NCBI GenBank assembly: GCA_031409275.1
Contig: JANNXA010000033.1
Coordinates: 32,001 to 96,000, forward strand
From: Planctomycetota bacterium
GTDB taxonomy: Bacteria > Planctomycetota > B15-G4 > SIAN01
Direction: 5' to 3'
Length of the DNA stretch: 64,000 bases
The translations under genes were made by a program, and so were the position numbers. Of the stretch, positions 29,092 to 38,929 are shown piece by piece. The notes under the pieces were generated by a model, which worked only from the letters and a program-made list of their open reading frames with translations, was not told the origin of the DNA and did not search any database. Positions within the stretch are counted from its first letter, which is position 1. Every line of letters starts with the position of its first letter.

Positions 29092-31416
29092 ATGGCAGCG
29101 TTCGGTTTCATCGGTTCGTTGCGCCGCGGACTCCCGCTGGCGTTGGTGTTCGGTTGGGCGTCGAGCGTCGCTCGCGGACAGGACGAGGTGCCAGTCGTCG
29201 ATGACGGCCCGGCGCAGTTCAGCCAGCCCGAGATCACCGACTTCACGCGCGGCATCGCCTATGGCCTTGCCGAGTCGTCGTGGATCCACCAGCCGCAGAT
29301 CGAAGAGATCGTGCAGACGCCGACGCCCAAGGTGATCCCGATCATCAAGCTGCCGATCGATCCCGCGGATCGCGCTCGCTTCCGTCCGGCGCCGCGCAAG
29401 TTCGCGAGCTTCGACGGCATCGCCAACACCGGCTGGGTGCCACCCGACCCGTGCGTCGCCGTGGGCCCGAACCACGTCGTGCAGACGGTGAACATGAAGC
29501 TCGCCTGGTACGACAAGGCGGGCACGCTGCAGTTCAGCAACGATCTCGGCGATGCCGGCAACCCCGGCTTCTTCGAGGGGCTTGGCGCGGGCGGCTTCAC
29601 CTTCGACCCGAAATGCTTCTACGACGAGATCGCTGGACGCTTCGTCGTCGTGGCGCTCGAGGTCTACGGCACCACGGAATCGTGGATCGACATCGCCGTC
29701 TCCGACGACAACGACCCCAACGGCACCTGGTACAAGTACCGCATCGATGCGGTCACCGACGTCAGCGGCATCACCTACTGGGTCGACTACCCTGGCTGTG
29801 GCTACGACGACAAGGTGTATGTCGTGACGGGCAACCTGTTCGGGCTGAGCGCCGGCGGCTGGGCGGGCGTGAAGTATCGGGTGTTCGACAAGACTCCGAT
29901 GCTCTCCGGCAATCCAGTGACGTTCTGGGACCTGCGCGACGGCAATGCCGCTTCCGTGCAGGTGGCCGAATGCCACACCACGCCGACCGCGATCTTCCTC
30001 GCCAGCACCGATACCAGCACCTCGATCAAGCTGCAGGCGATCAAGAACGAGAACACCAGCCCGTCGCTGGTGACGAAGTCGGTCACGGTGGCGTCGTACA
30101 GCGCGCCGCCGCAGCCACCCGAGCTTGGCGGCGGGCTGCTCGACGCGCTCGATGGCCGCATCATCAACGCCGAGTTCGGGAACGGGAAGATCGTCTGTGG
30201 TCATGGCGTGAACACCGGCGATGGCCGCAGCCTCGCGCGTTGGTACATGTTCAATGCCAACAATTGGCCGACGGTCGGCAATCCGACGTTGAACCAGAGC
30301 GGCAACGTCGACCTCGGTCCGGGGGTGCACACCTTCTATCCCGGCGTCGCGCGGCAGACCGGCGGCGAGGTGGGCATCATCTGCGCCTACTCGTCGGCGA
30401 ATGAGTACGCGGGCATCGCGACCGCCGTCCATCGCACGACCGACGCCGCTGGCGTGGTCGGCCTGATCGAGCGCGCCAAGTACGGCACTTCGAGCGCGAG
30501 CGGTCGCTGGGGCGACTACTTCGACGCCTGCATCGATCCGTCCGATCCCACCAAGTTCTGGGGCGTTGGCGAGTATCCGAACTGGGGCACTTACATCGCC
30601 GAGTTCGACGGCGTGCCGACGACGCCGACCACCGGCATCCTCTATTCCGTCCGCGGCAAGAGGCTGATCAACGGCCTGTGGCTCGAGGCCGGCGACATCG
30701 CGCATCTCGATCCGATCACCGGCGCCCACTCGATGTACTTCGACCTGAGTGACATCGTCACTTCTGGAACGCCCAACCTCGACGCGTTCGCCCGCCTCTC
30801 CGATGGTTCGCTGCTGTTGTCGTTCGGCGGCACGGTCACGGTCCCCGGCTTGACCGGCGGTCCGGCGGGTACCACTGTCGAGGATGAAGACATCATCCAG
30901 TTCGTCCCGACCTCGCTCGGCGACGTGACGACCGGCACCACCTCGTTCTATTTCGATGGCAGCGACGTCGGCCTGACCACCAGCGTCGAGGACATCGACG
31001 CGCTGGCAGTCGACGCCTCGGGCAACCTCTGGATGTCGATCGAGGGCACCTTCGCGGTGCCGGGCATCAACGGCCTCGACGAAGACGTGCTCCAGTTCAC
31101 CCCGACCACCCTCGGCGCCACCACTGCGGGGACCTGGTCGTGGATCCTCTACGGGCTCGACCCGGACGTGAAGCTCGGGCAGACCGGCGAGAACGTCGAC
31201 GCGCTCGACTACGACATCGCCAGCGGCACGTTGACGCTGTCGACCACTGGCGACTTCCAGGTGCCGACATTGGTTACCGGCCAGAACCGCGACTTGCTGC
31301 AGTTCACGCCGACGGCGCTGGGCTTCAACCCGGCCGGAACGTGGCTGGTCACGCTCGACGGCGACCTCTACGGCCTGACGCTGGCCGACCTCGACGGTCT
31401 CGAGATCCTGCCGTAG
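29092..31416 (+). CDS. Secreted protein: PPDP...RWGDY beta-rich domain plus three C-terminal internal repeats
   Basis: Signal peptide; PPDPCVAVGPNHVVQTVN and RWGDY; repeats of DA..LS..G..VP....ED...F.PT.LG..T.G.W...DG. Confidence 0.8.
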   Translation: MAAFGFIGSLRRGLPLALVFGWASSVARGQDEVPVVDDGPAQFSQPEITDFTRGIAYGLAESSWIHQPQIEEIVQTPTPKVIPIIKLPIDPADRARFRPAPRKFASFDGIANTGWVPPDPCVAVGPNHVVQTVNMKLAWYDKAGTLQFSNDLGDAGNPGFFEGLGAGGFTFDPKCFYDEIAGRFVVVALEVYGTTESWIDIAVSDDNDPNGTWYKYRIDAVTDVSGITYWVDYPGCGYDDKVYVVTGNLFGLSAGGWAGVKYRVFDKTPMLSGNPVTFWDLRDGNAASVQVAECHTTPTAIFLASTDTSTSIKLQAIKNENTSPSLVTKSVTVASYSAPPQPPELGGGLLDALDGRIINAEFGNGKIVCGHGVNTGDGRSLARWYMFNANNWPTVGNPTLNQSGNVDLGPGVHTFYPGVARQTGGEVGIICAYSSANEYAGIATAVHRTTDAAGVVGLIERAKYGTSSASGRWGDYFDACIDPSDPTKFWGVGEYPNWGTYIAEFDGVPTTPTTGILYSVRGKRLINGLWLEAGDIAHLDPITGAHSMYFDLSDIVTSGTPNLDAFARLSDGSLLLSFGGTVTVPGLTGGPAGTTVEDEDIIQFVPTSLGDVTTGTTSFYFDGSDVGLTTSVEDIDALAVDASGNLWMSIEGTFAVPGINGLDEDVLQFTPTTLGATTAGTWSWILYGLDPDVKLGQTGENVDALDYDIASGTLTLSTTGDFQVPTLVTGQNRDLLQFTPTALGFNPAGTWLVTLDGDLYGLTLADLDGLEILP

Positions 31417-31505
31417 CACCGCGATGAAATGAGTGGATCGTCTGGCGCGCCGGCGGGGCGACATCCAAGCCCGCGCCCCAACGGCATGTCGGAGAGGGAG
31501 TCGCG

Positions 31506-31868
31506 ATGCCACGCAAGGTCGAAGTCGACTGGTACTACCACCGCGCCGGCTGAACGGGCTGCGTCAAGGCCCAGGAGTTCCTGGGCGACTACGAACTGGT
31601 GGTGCGGGAGAAGGTCGACGCGCGCAAGACGCGACTCGGTCCGAGCGACCTGGGCAAGGTGCTGGAAGGCGTACGCACGGTCGTCGCGTCGAACGGCCGC
31701 ACGCTGCGCCGCTTCGACCTTGGCGCCAAGGAGTGCGATCGGACCGAGCTCCTCTCGCGCATGATCGGGCCGAGCGGCAACCTGCGCGCGCCCACCGTGC
31801 GTCGCGGGCGGTTGCTGATCGTCGGCTACCACGCCGACTCGATGAAGGAACTCGTCGGAGGCGGGTGA
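31506..31868 (+). CDS. ArsC-family (thioredoxin-fold) selenoprotein, UxxC
   Basis: MPRKVEVDWYYHRAG-U(TGA 31551-31553)-TGCVKAQEFL continues in frame to GPSGNLRAPTVRRGRLLIVGY; GAGGGAG upstream. Confidence 0.85.
31569..31586 (+). promoter_or_regulatory. Candidate bacterial SECIS hairpin
   Basis: GCCCAGG-AGTT-CCTGGGC perfect 7-bp stem starting 15 nt after the TGA; G in the loop. Confidence 0.7.
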
Positions 31869-31899
31869 CGCCGCGCTCCCGCGAACGAAGGGGGATCGC

Positions 31900-32610
31900 G
31901 TGACTGCTTCGTCGCCGACCGCTGCGCAGGGCGAGCTCTACCTGAAGCCGTTGCTGCTCGGTGTGATGCAGAACTACGTCTACCTGCTGGGCTCGCGCAC
32001 CAAGCGCGAGTGCGTCGTCATCGACGCCGCGTGGAACATCGACGCGATCGTGCGCGCGGCCGAGGCCGACGGCATGCGGATCGTCGGCGCGCTCGCGACC
32101 CACTACCACCAGGACCACGTCGGCGGTGACCTCTTCGGCCACACCATCGAGGGGCTGGCCGCCCTGCTCGAGCGCGTGCAGGTTCCCGTCCACGTCCAGC
32201 GTCACGAGGCCGACGGCATCGCCAAGGTGACCGGCGTTTCGCGCAAGGAACTCATCCTCCACGACGGCGGCGACGAGATCGCGGTGGGCGACGTGACGGT
32301 GAAGCTGCTCCACACCCCGGGCCACACGCCCGGAAGCCAGTGCTTCCTGTGCGCTGGCCATCTGCTGTCGGGCGACACGCTGTTCATCCGTGGTTGCGGT
32401 CGCGTCGATTTGCCCGGCGGCGATCCCGAGCAGATGTGGAAGAGCCTGAACGGCGTGCTGCGCAAGTTGCCGCCCGAAACGGTCCTTCATCCCGGCCATC
32501 AGTACGGGCCGATCGACGCGTCGACGCTCGCCGACGAGTTCCGCGAGAATCCCTACATGAACATCCCGAAGCTCACGGACTGGCTGGCGACGATGGGGCG
32601 CGGCGCGTGA
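31900..32610 (+). CDS. MBL-fold metallo-hydrolase (glyoxalase II-like)
   Basis: THYHQDHVGG, HTPGHTPGS, SGDTLF, PGH. Confidence 0.92.
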   Translation: MTASSPTAAQGELYLKPLLLGVMQNYVYLLGSRTKRECVVIDAAWNIDAIVRAAEADGMRIVGALATHYHQDHVGGDLFGHTIEGLAALLERVQVPVHVQRHEADGIAKVTGVSRKELILHDGGDEIAVGDVTVKLLHTPGHTPGSQCFLCAGHLLSGDTLFIRGCGRVDLPGGDPEQMWKSLNGVLRKLPPETVLHPGHQYGPIDASTLADEFRENPYMNIPKLTDWLATMGRGA

Positions 32611-33563
32611 CGGCAGCGGCGACGGGTGAGATCGCGCTTGAGCTCGAACGCGTCGCCAAGGTCTGGCGCGGCGGCGCGGCGCTGACCGACGTCGATCTCG
32701 TCGTGCCGCGCGGCGCCGTGGTCGGGCTGGTCGGGCCAAGCGGCGCCGGCAAGACCACCGCGATGCGTGTCGGCCTCGGCCTGCTGACGCCCGATCGCGG
32801 TCGCGCGCTCGTCTTCGGCGGACCGGCCGCCGAGCTGGCGCGCCATTCCGGTCGCATCGGCCTGCTGCTCGATGGGCCCGCCCTCGAACGTGGCCTCACC
32901 GTCGCCGACAACCTCGCGCTGCACGCGCTGCGCCACGGTCGCCCGCCGGTTGACGCGCGACCGCTGCTAGATCGTCTCGGCCTCACGCGCCTTGCGCCGC
33001 GTCGCGCCGGTCGCCTGTCGCAAGGCGAGGCGATTCGCGTGGCGTTGGTCCGCTCGCTGCTGCTCGCCCCCGACCTCGTGGTGCTCGACGAACCGGTCGC
33101 CCATCTCGATCCGGCGCTGGCGGCGACGGCGCTCGACCTCTGTGCCGAGGCGGCGCGCACGCGCGGCGCGGCGCTGCTGGTGTCGAGCCATCAGCTCGCG
33201 GAGCTCGAGCGGGTGGCGACGCACCTCGTGCTGCTGCATCGCGGCCGCGTGCTGCTCCAGGGCGATCTGCCGACGCTGCTGGCCACGATCGCTCCGGCGC
33301 TGCGCATCGCCGCGCGGCCGCGCGACGGCGCGCACGCTGTGCTGCAGCGCCATTCCGGAGTGCGCCGCGTCGACCCGCTGCGACTCGACGGCGTCGATCT
33401 GCTGCGCGCCGAACTGGTGGCCGCCGACGTCGCGGCCAGCGTAAACGCGGCGCTGCATGCCGCCGGCATCGAGGTCGCCGCGCTGGCGCCGGAGCGGCCC
33501 ACGCTCGACGAGCTGTTCCGTCGCGCGCTCGCGGCCGCCGCCGTGAATGAGGCCGCGGCATGA
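32607..33563 (+). CDS. ABC transporter ATP-binding protein
   Basis: GPSGAGKTT, LSQGE, VLDEP, SSH; GTGA overlap. Confidence 0.92.
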   Translation: MTAAATGEIALELERVAKVWRGGAALTDVDLVVPRGAVVGLVGPSGAGKTTAMRVGLGLLTPDRGRALVFGGPAAELARHSGRIGLLLDGPALERGLTVADNLALHALRHGRPPVDARPLLDRLGLTRLAPRRAGRLSQGEAIRVALVRSLLLAPDLVVLDEPVAHLDPALAATALDLCAEAARTRGAALLVSSHQLAELERVATHLVLLHRGRVLLQGDLPTLLATIAPALRIAARPRDGAHAVLQRHSGVRRVDPLRLDGVDLLRAELVAADVAASVNAALHAAGIEVAALAPERPTLDELFRRALAAAAVNEAAA

Positions 33564-34408
33564 GTTGCCTCGCGATCCTGCGCGCCGAGCTCTTCCGTCT
33601 CTCGCGCACGCGCGGCGGGCGCATCGGTCTGCTGGTGCCGGCCGCGCTTGGCGCGGGCCAGGTGCTGCTGGTCGATCTGCTCGACTCGATGAAGGCCGCG
33701 CGGGCCGCCGCCGAGAGCGGCGCGGTCGACGTGCCGCTTTCGCCGGCGTTCGGCCTCTTCGCCGATGGGCTCGGCGGACTCGGGGCGATGGCGTTGGTGA
33801 TGATCGCATTGCTGACCGGCGCCTTCTCGGTCGTGCGCGAGCGCGACCAGGGCAGCTTCGCGCTGCTGGTGCTGGCCCGATCGCGCGGCTCGGTCGTCGT
33901 CGGCAAGGCGCTGGGGACCTGCCTCTACGTGATCGTCGCCTTCATGGCGCTGCTGCTCGCGTCGATGGGCGCGGCCGCGTTGCGCCATGACTTCACCGCC
34001 ATCGTCGAAGATGGCTACGAGATGGCCAGCGCCAGCGAACAGTGGCTCGAAGTTGCGCGCGCGGTCGGTGCTGGTCTCCCGGCGATCCTCTGCTGCGCCT
34101 GCTTCGGCGTGCTGGTGTCGGCCGTCACCGCCGGGGTCGGTGCGGCTGCGGTCGGCGCGGTCGTCCCCTTCACGCTGCTGGCCCTGTTCCAGAGCACGCT
34201 CGGCGGCGCGGCCGAGCGCCTCTTCATCACCTATGCGCCCTTCTTCAGCGAACGCGCGCCGCTCACCCGTTTGTCGAAGGTCGCGCGCGCCTTCTCCGAC
34301 ACCCATTGGGAGAGCGGCGAGCTCTTGCGCGCGACACTGGTGCCGAGCGTCGAAGCGGTCGTTTGCCTGGCGCTCGCCTGGCTGGTGACGCGGCGGCGCA
34401 GCGCGTGA
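33560..34408 (+). CDS. ABC-2 type permease
   Basis: About six hydrophobic segments; ERDQGSF..SR...VVGK; coupled to the ATPase. Confidence 0.85.
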   Translation: MSCLAILRAELFRLSRTRGGRIGLLVPAALGAGQVLLVDLLDSMKAARAAAESGAVDVPLSPAFGLFADGLGGLGAMALVMIALLTGAFSVVRERDQGSFALLVLARSRGSVVVGKALGTCLYVIVAFMALLLASMGAAALRHDFTAIVEDGYEMASASEQWLEVARAVGAGLPAILCCACFGVLVSAVTAGVGAAAVGAVVPFTLLALFQSTLGGAAERLFITYAPFFSERAPLTRLSKVARAFSDTHWESGELLRATLVPSVEAVVCLALAWLVTRRRSA

Positions 34409-35007
34409 GCGCGCGCAAGCGAAAGAGCGGCGCTGCGCCCGCGATCGCGGAGTCGATCGTGCCGCTCACGCCCGATCGCTGGGCCGATTTCGCCAAGCTG
34501 TTCGGCGCGCGTGGGGCGTGCGGCGGCTGCTGGTGCATGAACTGGCGACTTCAAGCGCGCGAGTTCGAGGCGGGCAAAGGCGATTCGAACCGCCGCGCGA
34601 TGCAGCGAAGAGTGAAGCGCGGTCGGCCGCCGGGGTTGCTGGCCTATCACGGCGACGAACCGGTGGGGTGGGTCTCGGTGGCACCGCGCGGCGAGTTCGT
34701 GAGGCTCGAGAAATCGCGCGTGCTGGCGCCTCTGGATCACCTCGCGGTCTGGTCGGTGAGCTGTCTCTACCTGGCCAAAGACGTGCGCCGGCAGGGGTTG
34801 TCGAGCCGCCTGCTGCGGGCGGCCGCCGACTTCGCCTTTGCGCACGGTGCGCCTGCCGTCGAGGGTTATCCCGTCGTGCCCAGCGAGGACACGATTCCGG
34901 ACGTCTTCGCATGGACCGGGATCGCCGCCTCGTTCGACCAAGCGGGCTGGAAGCGGGCGGGCGGTCGCTCGCGTGCGCGACCGATCTACCGCGTCACGCG
35001 AGGCTGA
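34405..35007 (+). CDS. GNAT N-acetyltransferase
   Basis: CGGCWCM, GLLAY..PVGW, RRQGLSSRLL, VEGYPV. Confidence 0.88.
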   Translation: MSARKRKSGAAPAIAESIVPLTPDRWADFAKLFGARGACGGCWCMNWRLQAREFEAGKGDSNRRAMQRRVKRGRPPGLLAYHGDEPVGWVSVAPRGEFVRLEKSRVLAPLDHLAVWSVSCLYLAKDVRRQGLSSRLLRAAADFAFAHGAPAVEGYPVVPSEDTIPDVFAWTGIAASFDQAGWKRAGGRSRARPIYRVTRG

Positions 35008-35028
35008 GCGGGAGGCCCGCCCGGCGCT

Positions 35029-38000
35029 TCAGCGCGCGGCCGCTTCCGCCGCGAACTTCGCCGCAAGGTCGGGGCGGCTGAGGCCGCGATAGAGGTTGGC
35101 CAGCGCGCCGGCGAGCCGCCTGGTCTCGACGTCGTGTGGGCCGCGAGCGGCGGCGACGATCTGATGCGCCTCGAGCAGCAACGGCTCCGCGGTCGCCAGA
35201 TCGCCACGCTGCTGCGCGAGCGCCGCAAGGTTGCCGACCCAGGTTCCGAGCGCGGGATCGTCGGGGCGAACGACGTGGCGTCCGATGGCGACCGCCTCCT
35301 CGAAACACTGCCGCGCCGGTTCCGACTCGTTGCGGAAGAAGTGCCAGGCGCCGACGTTGTTCAGGCTCCACGCGAGCAACGCGTGCTCTCCGCCGAAACG
35401 GGCGCGGCGAGTCGCCAGCGCTTCCTGGAGCAGCGGTCCCGCCTCGGCGAAGCGGTGCCGCTCGATGAGGAACCAGCCGAAGTTGTCGAGCGTCATCGCG
35501 AGGTCGAGACTCTGATCGCCTGCGCGTTCGCGTTGAAGGGCCAGCGCGGCGCGATAGAGAGGCTCGGCCTCGTCGGGGAGACCGCGTGCACGCAGCACTT
35601 CGGCGAGCATGCGTTGCGCGCGCGCGAGCTCATCGTCGCCGGCCTGCGCCGACACGCACTCCTGCAAGGACTCCTCCGCGGCGGCCTCGTCGCCTTTGCG
35701 ATGGAGGATCCATGCGAGGGTCGCTCGTCCGTGGCGCGAGTGCACGTCCTCTTCATCGAGGCGCTCCTCGTGGATCGCGATCGCCTCGCGCGCGAGCGGT
35801 TCGGCCGCATCGAATGCGCCCCGTTCGAGCTCGATCCAGGCGAGTCGCAGCAGGCTGCTGGCGAGATCGAGGGGATCGAGCGCGGAGAGCTTGCGTTGGA
35901 TCGCGAGCGCCTCGTTGGCGACGCTCGCTGCCTCTTCGAGGCGACCGCGTGCGAGCAGCGCCGAACCGAGGTTCGAGAGGACGATGGCCGTGCTGGCGTG
36001 GTTGCGCCCGACCAGACCGTCGTAGATCACGAGCGCGGCGCGCAGACGCTCCTCGGCGTCCACGGGGTCGCCCGCGGCAAGCGCGAGTACCCCGAGACCG
36101 CTCTGCACACGGGCGACGGCGAAGCTCGCCGTGCCTTCGATTGCGGGCAGCAACGCCTTGGCCTGCGCGCGAAGCGCTGCCGCAGCCGCGGGGCCTTCCT
36201 GCGCACTGACCACGTTCGCCAACTCGGTGAGCGCGACGAGCGCATCGGGGCTCGTGTCGCCGAGGAGGCGACCGTACACGCTGTGCGCCTCCTCGAATCC
36301 GTCCCGCGCCGCGTCGAGACGCCCCCGTTTCCGTGCGAGGGTCGCGAGCTCGGAGGCGGTCTCCGCGACTTTCAGCAGCTTCGGCGCGCCCTGCGCGACG
36401 CTGATCGAGTGCGCCTCGCCCAGATGGCGCTCCGCCTCGTCGACGCGTCCCTGCGCCGCTTCGAGCTGGCCGAGCGCGGTGAGGCTGCGAACGATCTCGT
36501 CGGTCGTCCCGACGCGGCGCCACAGTTCGATCGCGCGACGGAACATCGGCTCCGCCGCAGCGCTGTCGCCGCGGGCGGCACGCACCTGCGCCAGGTTCTT
36601 GAGCGCGATGGCGAGGAGCGACGGGTCGGCGTCCGGCTGTCGCTCGAGCCACTCGACCACCTTCGTGTCGAGCTCCTCCGCGCGCGTGAGGTCGCCTCGC
36701 AAGAAGCAGGTGTTGGCGAGGTCGGTCATGCTCGACGCGACGGCGATGTTGATCGAAGGATGCAGCTCGCCGTTCAGGGCGAGCGCGCGCTCGAAGTGAC
36801 GCGCCGCATCGTCGAGCTGCCCGACGCTCGCGCAGGCGCGGCCGATCACCGTCCGCAGCGCGGCCTCGACCTCCGGCTCGCCGATCTCCTCGTGGTCGAG
36901 TTCCGCCGCCGCGGCGTCGAGCACTTCGCGGACGGAGACGATGCGCCCGCGCGCCCGCTCCGGATCGAGCGACGAGAACATCCTCTGCACGAAGAGGTCG
37001 ATGCGGGTGCGCTTGTCGGCGTCGCGGACGGCGCGTCGCCACGCGGTGGTCGAAACGACGGCCGCGGCCACGACGACCAACAGCACGGTGGCGGCCGCGG
37101 CGAAGCGGAGCTTGTGGCGTCGGACCATCGTGCGCAGCAGGTAGCCGAAGCGGCCGCGCTTCGCCTCGACCGCCTCACCGCGCAACCAGCGCTCGAGGTC
37201 GCGGCCGAGGTCGCGCGCCGACTCGTAGCGACGCTCGGCGTCCTTGGCGAGGGCGCGTCGCAAGATGGCAGCCAGCTCATCGTCGAGATCGCGCGGGATC
37301 TCCGGCTCGCGTTCGAGGATCGACTGCACCACGTCGGCAAGCGCGCCATCGACGCGGTAGGGAAGGCCACCGACGACGAGCTCGAAGAGAAGCACTCCGA
37401 GCGAGTAGACGTCGCTGCGCACATCGACGAGTCCGGGGTCGCCGCGCAGCTGCTCTGGCGCCGCATAGGCGAGCGTGCCAAGGAACCAGCCGGCGCGCGT
37501 CACCGCTTCGGGCGTGGTGGCGGGATCATCGGCGATCGCCTTGGCGAGCCCGAAGTCGAGGACTCGCGGCTCGCCGTTCGCATCGACCAGCACGTTGCCC
37601 GGCTTCAGGTCGCGATGGATCACCCCACGTTGGTGGGCGTAGTGAACCGCGGCGATGATCTTCAGGAAGAACTCGGTCGCGGCGCGTGCGCTCCACGACT
37701 CCTCGCGGCGCGCCTGCGCGAAGCGGTCGAGCGCGACGCCCTCGACGAGCTCCATGGTGAAGTAGCGTCGGCGGTCGCGCGTCTCGCCGCGGTCGTAGAC
37801 GGTCACGATGTTGGGATGGCGCAGGCCGACGACGGTGGCGATCTCGCGCTCGAAGCGTGCGAGCTGGAGCGCGGTCGCGAGCGTGCCGTCGAGGAGCACC
37901 TTGAGCGCGACCTTGCGTCCGGTGGAGAGCTGGATCGCCGCGAATACGACCCCTTGGCCGCCGCGATGGAGCTCGGCGAGCACGCGGTAGCCATCGACCT

Positions 38001-38220
38001 CGGGTCTCGCGATCGGCGCCGGTTCCGGCGCGGCAGGCGCCACGTGCTTCGAGGCGCGCGCTGCGGCGCCGATGTCGGCAAGCAGGCGGTTGTCGGCGCG
38101 GATCGCAGCGGATCGGGTGCGGCAGTCGTCGCACGTCTCGACATGACGATGCAGTTCGACCGCCGGCGTCGCGGCCGCGACGTACTCCTCGAGCGCTTCG
38201 ATCCCGGGGCATTTCGCCAT
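35029..38220 (-). CDS. Ser/Thr protein kinase with N-terminal zinc anti-sigma-like motif, TM helix and TPR array
   Basis: HVETCDDC; RGGQGVV, VALK, HRDLKPGN, DFGLAK, APE; hydrophobic AAATVLLVVVAAAVV; many TPR-like helices. Confidence 0.93.
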   Translation of the reverse strand: MAKCPGIEALEEYVAAATPAVELHRHVETCDDCRTRSAAIRADNRLLADIGAAARASKHVAPAAPEPAPIARPEVDGYRVLAELHRGGQGVVFAAIQLSTGRKVALKVLLDGTLATALQLARFEREIATVVGLRHPNIVTVYDRGETRDRRRYFTMELVEGVALDRFAQARREESWSARAATEFFLKIIAAVHYAHQRGVIHRDLKPGNVLVDANGEPRVLDFGLAKAIADDPATTPEAVTRAGWFLGTLAYAAPEQLRGDPGLVDVRSDVYSLGVLLFELVVGGLPYRVDGALADVVQSILEREPEIPRDLDDELAAILRRALAKDAERRYESARDLGRDLERWLRGEAVEAKRGRFGYLLRTMVRRHKLRFAAAATVLLVVVAAAVVSTTAWRRAVRDADKRTRIDLFVQRMFSSLDPERARGRIVSVREVLDAAAAELDHEEIGEPEVEAALRTVIGRACASVGQLDDAARHFERALALNGELHPSINIAVASSMTDLANTCFLRGDLTRAEELDTKVVEWLERQPDADPSLLAIALKNLAQVRAARGDSAAAEPMFRRAIELWRRVGTTDEIVRSLTALGQLEAAQGRVDEAERHLGEAHSISVAQGAPKLLKVAETASELATLARKRGRLDAARDGFEEAHSVYGRLLGDTSPDALVALTELANVVSAQEGPAAAAALRAQAKALLPAIEGTASFAVARVQSGLGVLALAAGDPVDAEERLRAALVIYDGLVGRNHASTAIVLSNLGSALLARGRLEEAASVANEALAIQRKLSALDPLDLASSLLRLAWIELERGAFDAAEPLAREAIAIHEERLDEEDVHSRHGRATLAWILHRKGDEAAAEESLQECVSAQAGDDELARAQRMLAEVLRARGLPDEAEPLYRAALALQRERAGDQSLDLAMTLDNFGWFLIERHRFAEAGPLLQEALATRRARFGGEHALLAWSLNNVGAWHFFRNESEPARQCFEEAVAIGRHVVRPDDPALGTWVGNLAALAQQRGDLATAEPLLLEAHQIVAAARGPHDVETRRLAGALANLYRGLSRPDLAAKFAAEAAAR

Positions 38221-38232
38221 GGCGGCGCCTCG

Positions 38233-38817
38233 CTACCAGTCGGTTTCGAGGCGGGCGAGGATCTCGCGCAGGCTGGCTAGCGCGCGGTGCTTGGCGGTGT
38301 AGACCGCGCCTTTCGTCATGCCCAGTTCGGCCGCGACCTCCGCGACCGGGCGCTCTTCGAGGGCGAGCAGCTCGAGGACGCGAATGGTCGGCTCGTCGGT
38401 CTTCGTGCTCGAGCGAAGTTCGGCGAAGGCTTGCCGCAGCAGCGCGCGTTGCCACTCTTCGGCGAAGAAGCGCTCGAGGTCCGCATCCCCGGCCATTTCT
38501 CCCAGCGCCGACTCGCCGCGCATGGCATCGAACCGTGCCCGGTCGCGACGCACTTCGGAAGCGCAGTTGCGCGCGATGCCGAAGATCCACGACCGCAGCC
38601 GACCGCGCTCGCGGTCGTAGCGGCCGGCGCGGTACTCCTCGGCGAAGCGGACCAGCGCCGCCTGCGCGAGTTCGTCGGCATCGGCGGGTTGGAACCCCAG
38701 CCGCGCGGCGAAGGCGATGATGACCGGACGGTAGCGGGCGTCGAACTCGTTCCAGATCGCGTGGTTGCCCGGGTCGGCAAGCCCTGCGAGTAGGACTGAA
38801 TTCGTCTTCGCGAGCAT
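38233..38817 (-). CDS. ECF RNA polymerase sigma-70 factor
   Basis: WNEFDARY, DADELAQ, YDRERGRLRSWIFGIARN, EVAAELGMTKGAVYTAKHR. Confidence 0.92.
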   Translation of the reverse strand: MLAKTNSVLLAGLADPGNHAIWNEFDARYRPVIIAFAARLGFQPADADELAQAALVRFAEEYRAGRYDRERGRLRSWIFGIARNCASEVRRDRARFDAMRGESALGEMAGDADLERFFAEEWQRALLRQAFAELRSSTKTDEPTIRVLELLALEERPVAEVAAELGMTKGAVYTAKHRALASLREILARLETDW

Positions 38818-38929
38818 GCTGCGCCCCTGGCCACGGTGGAATTCTAGCCCGCTTTTCGACCCACCTGTAAGAAGCGGGTCGCGCGGCGACAAATCGGACA
38901 GGAAGACCTCTCCTGTTCCGGAGTCCGCC

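Noticed and set aside
35134..38280. Long antisense ORFs (also 283-2010, 28834-31512, 53566-55488, 59582-63415 and others)
   Set aside because: Shadow ORFs opposite well-supported genes in high-GC DNA; no motifs.
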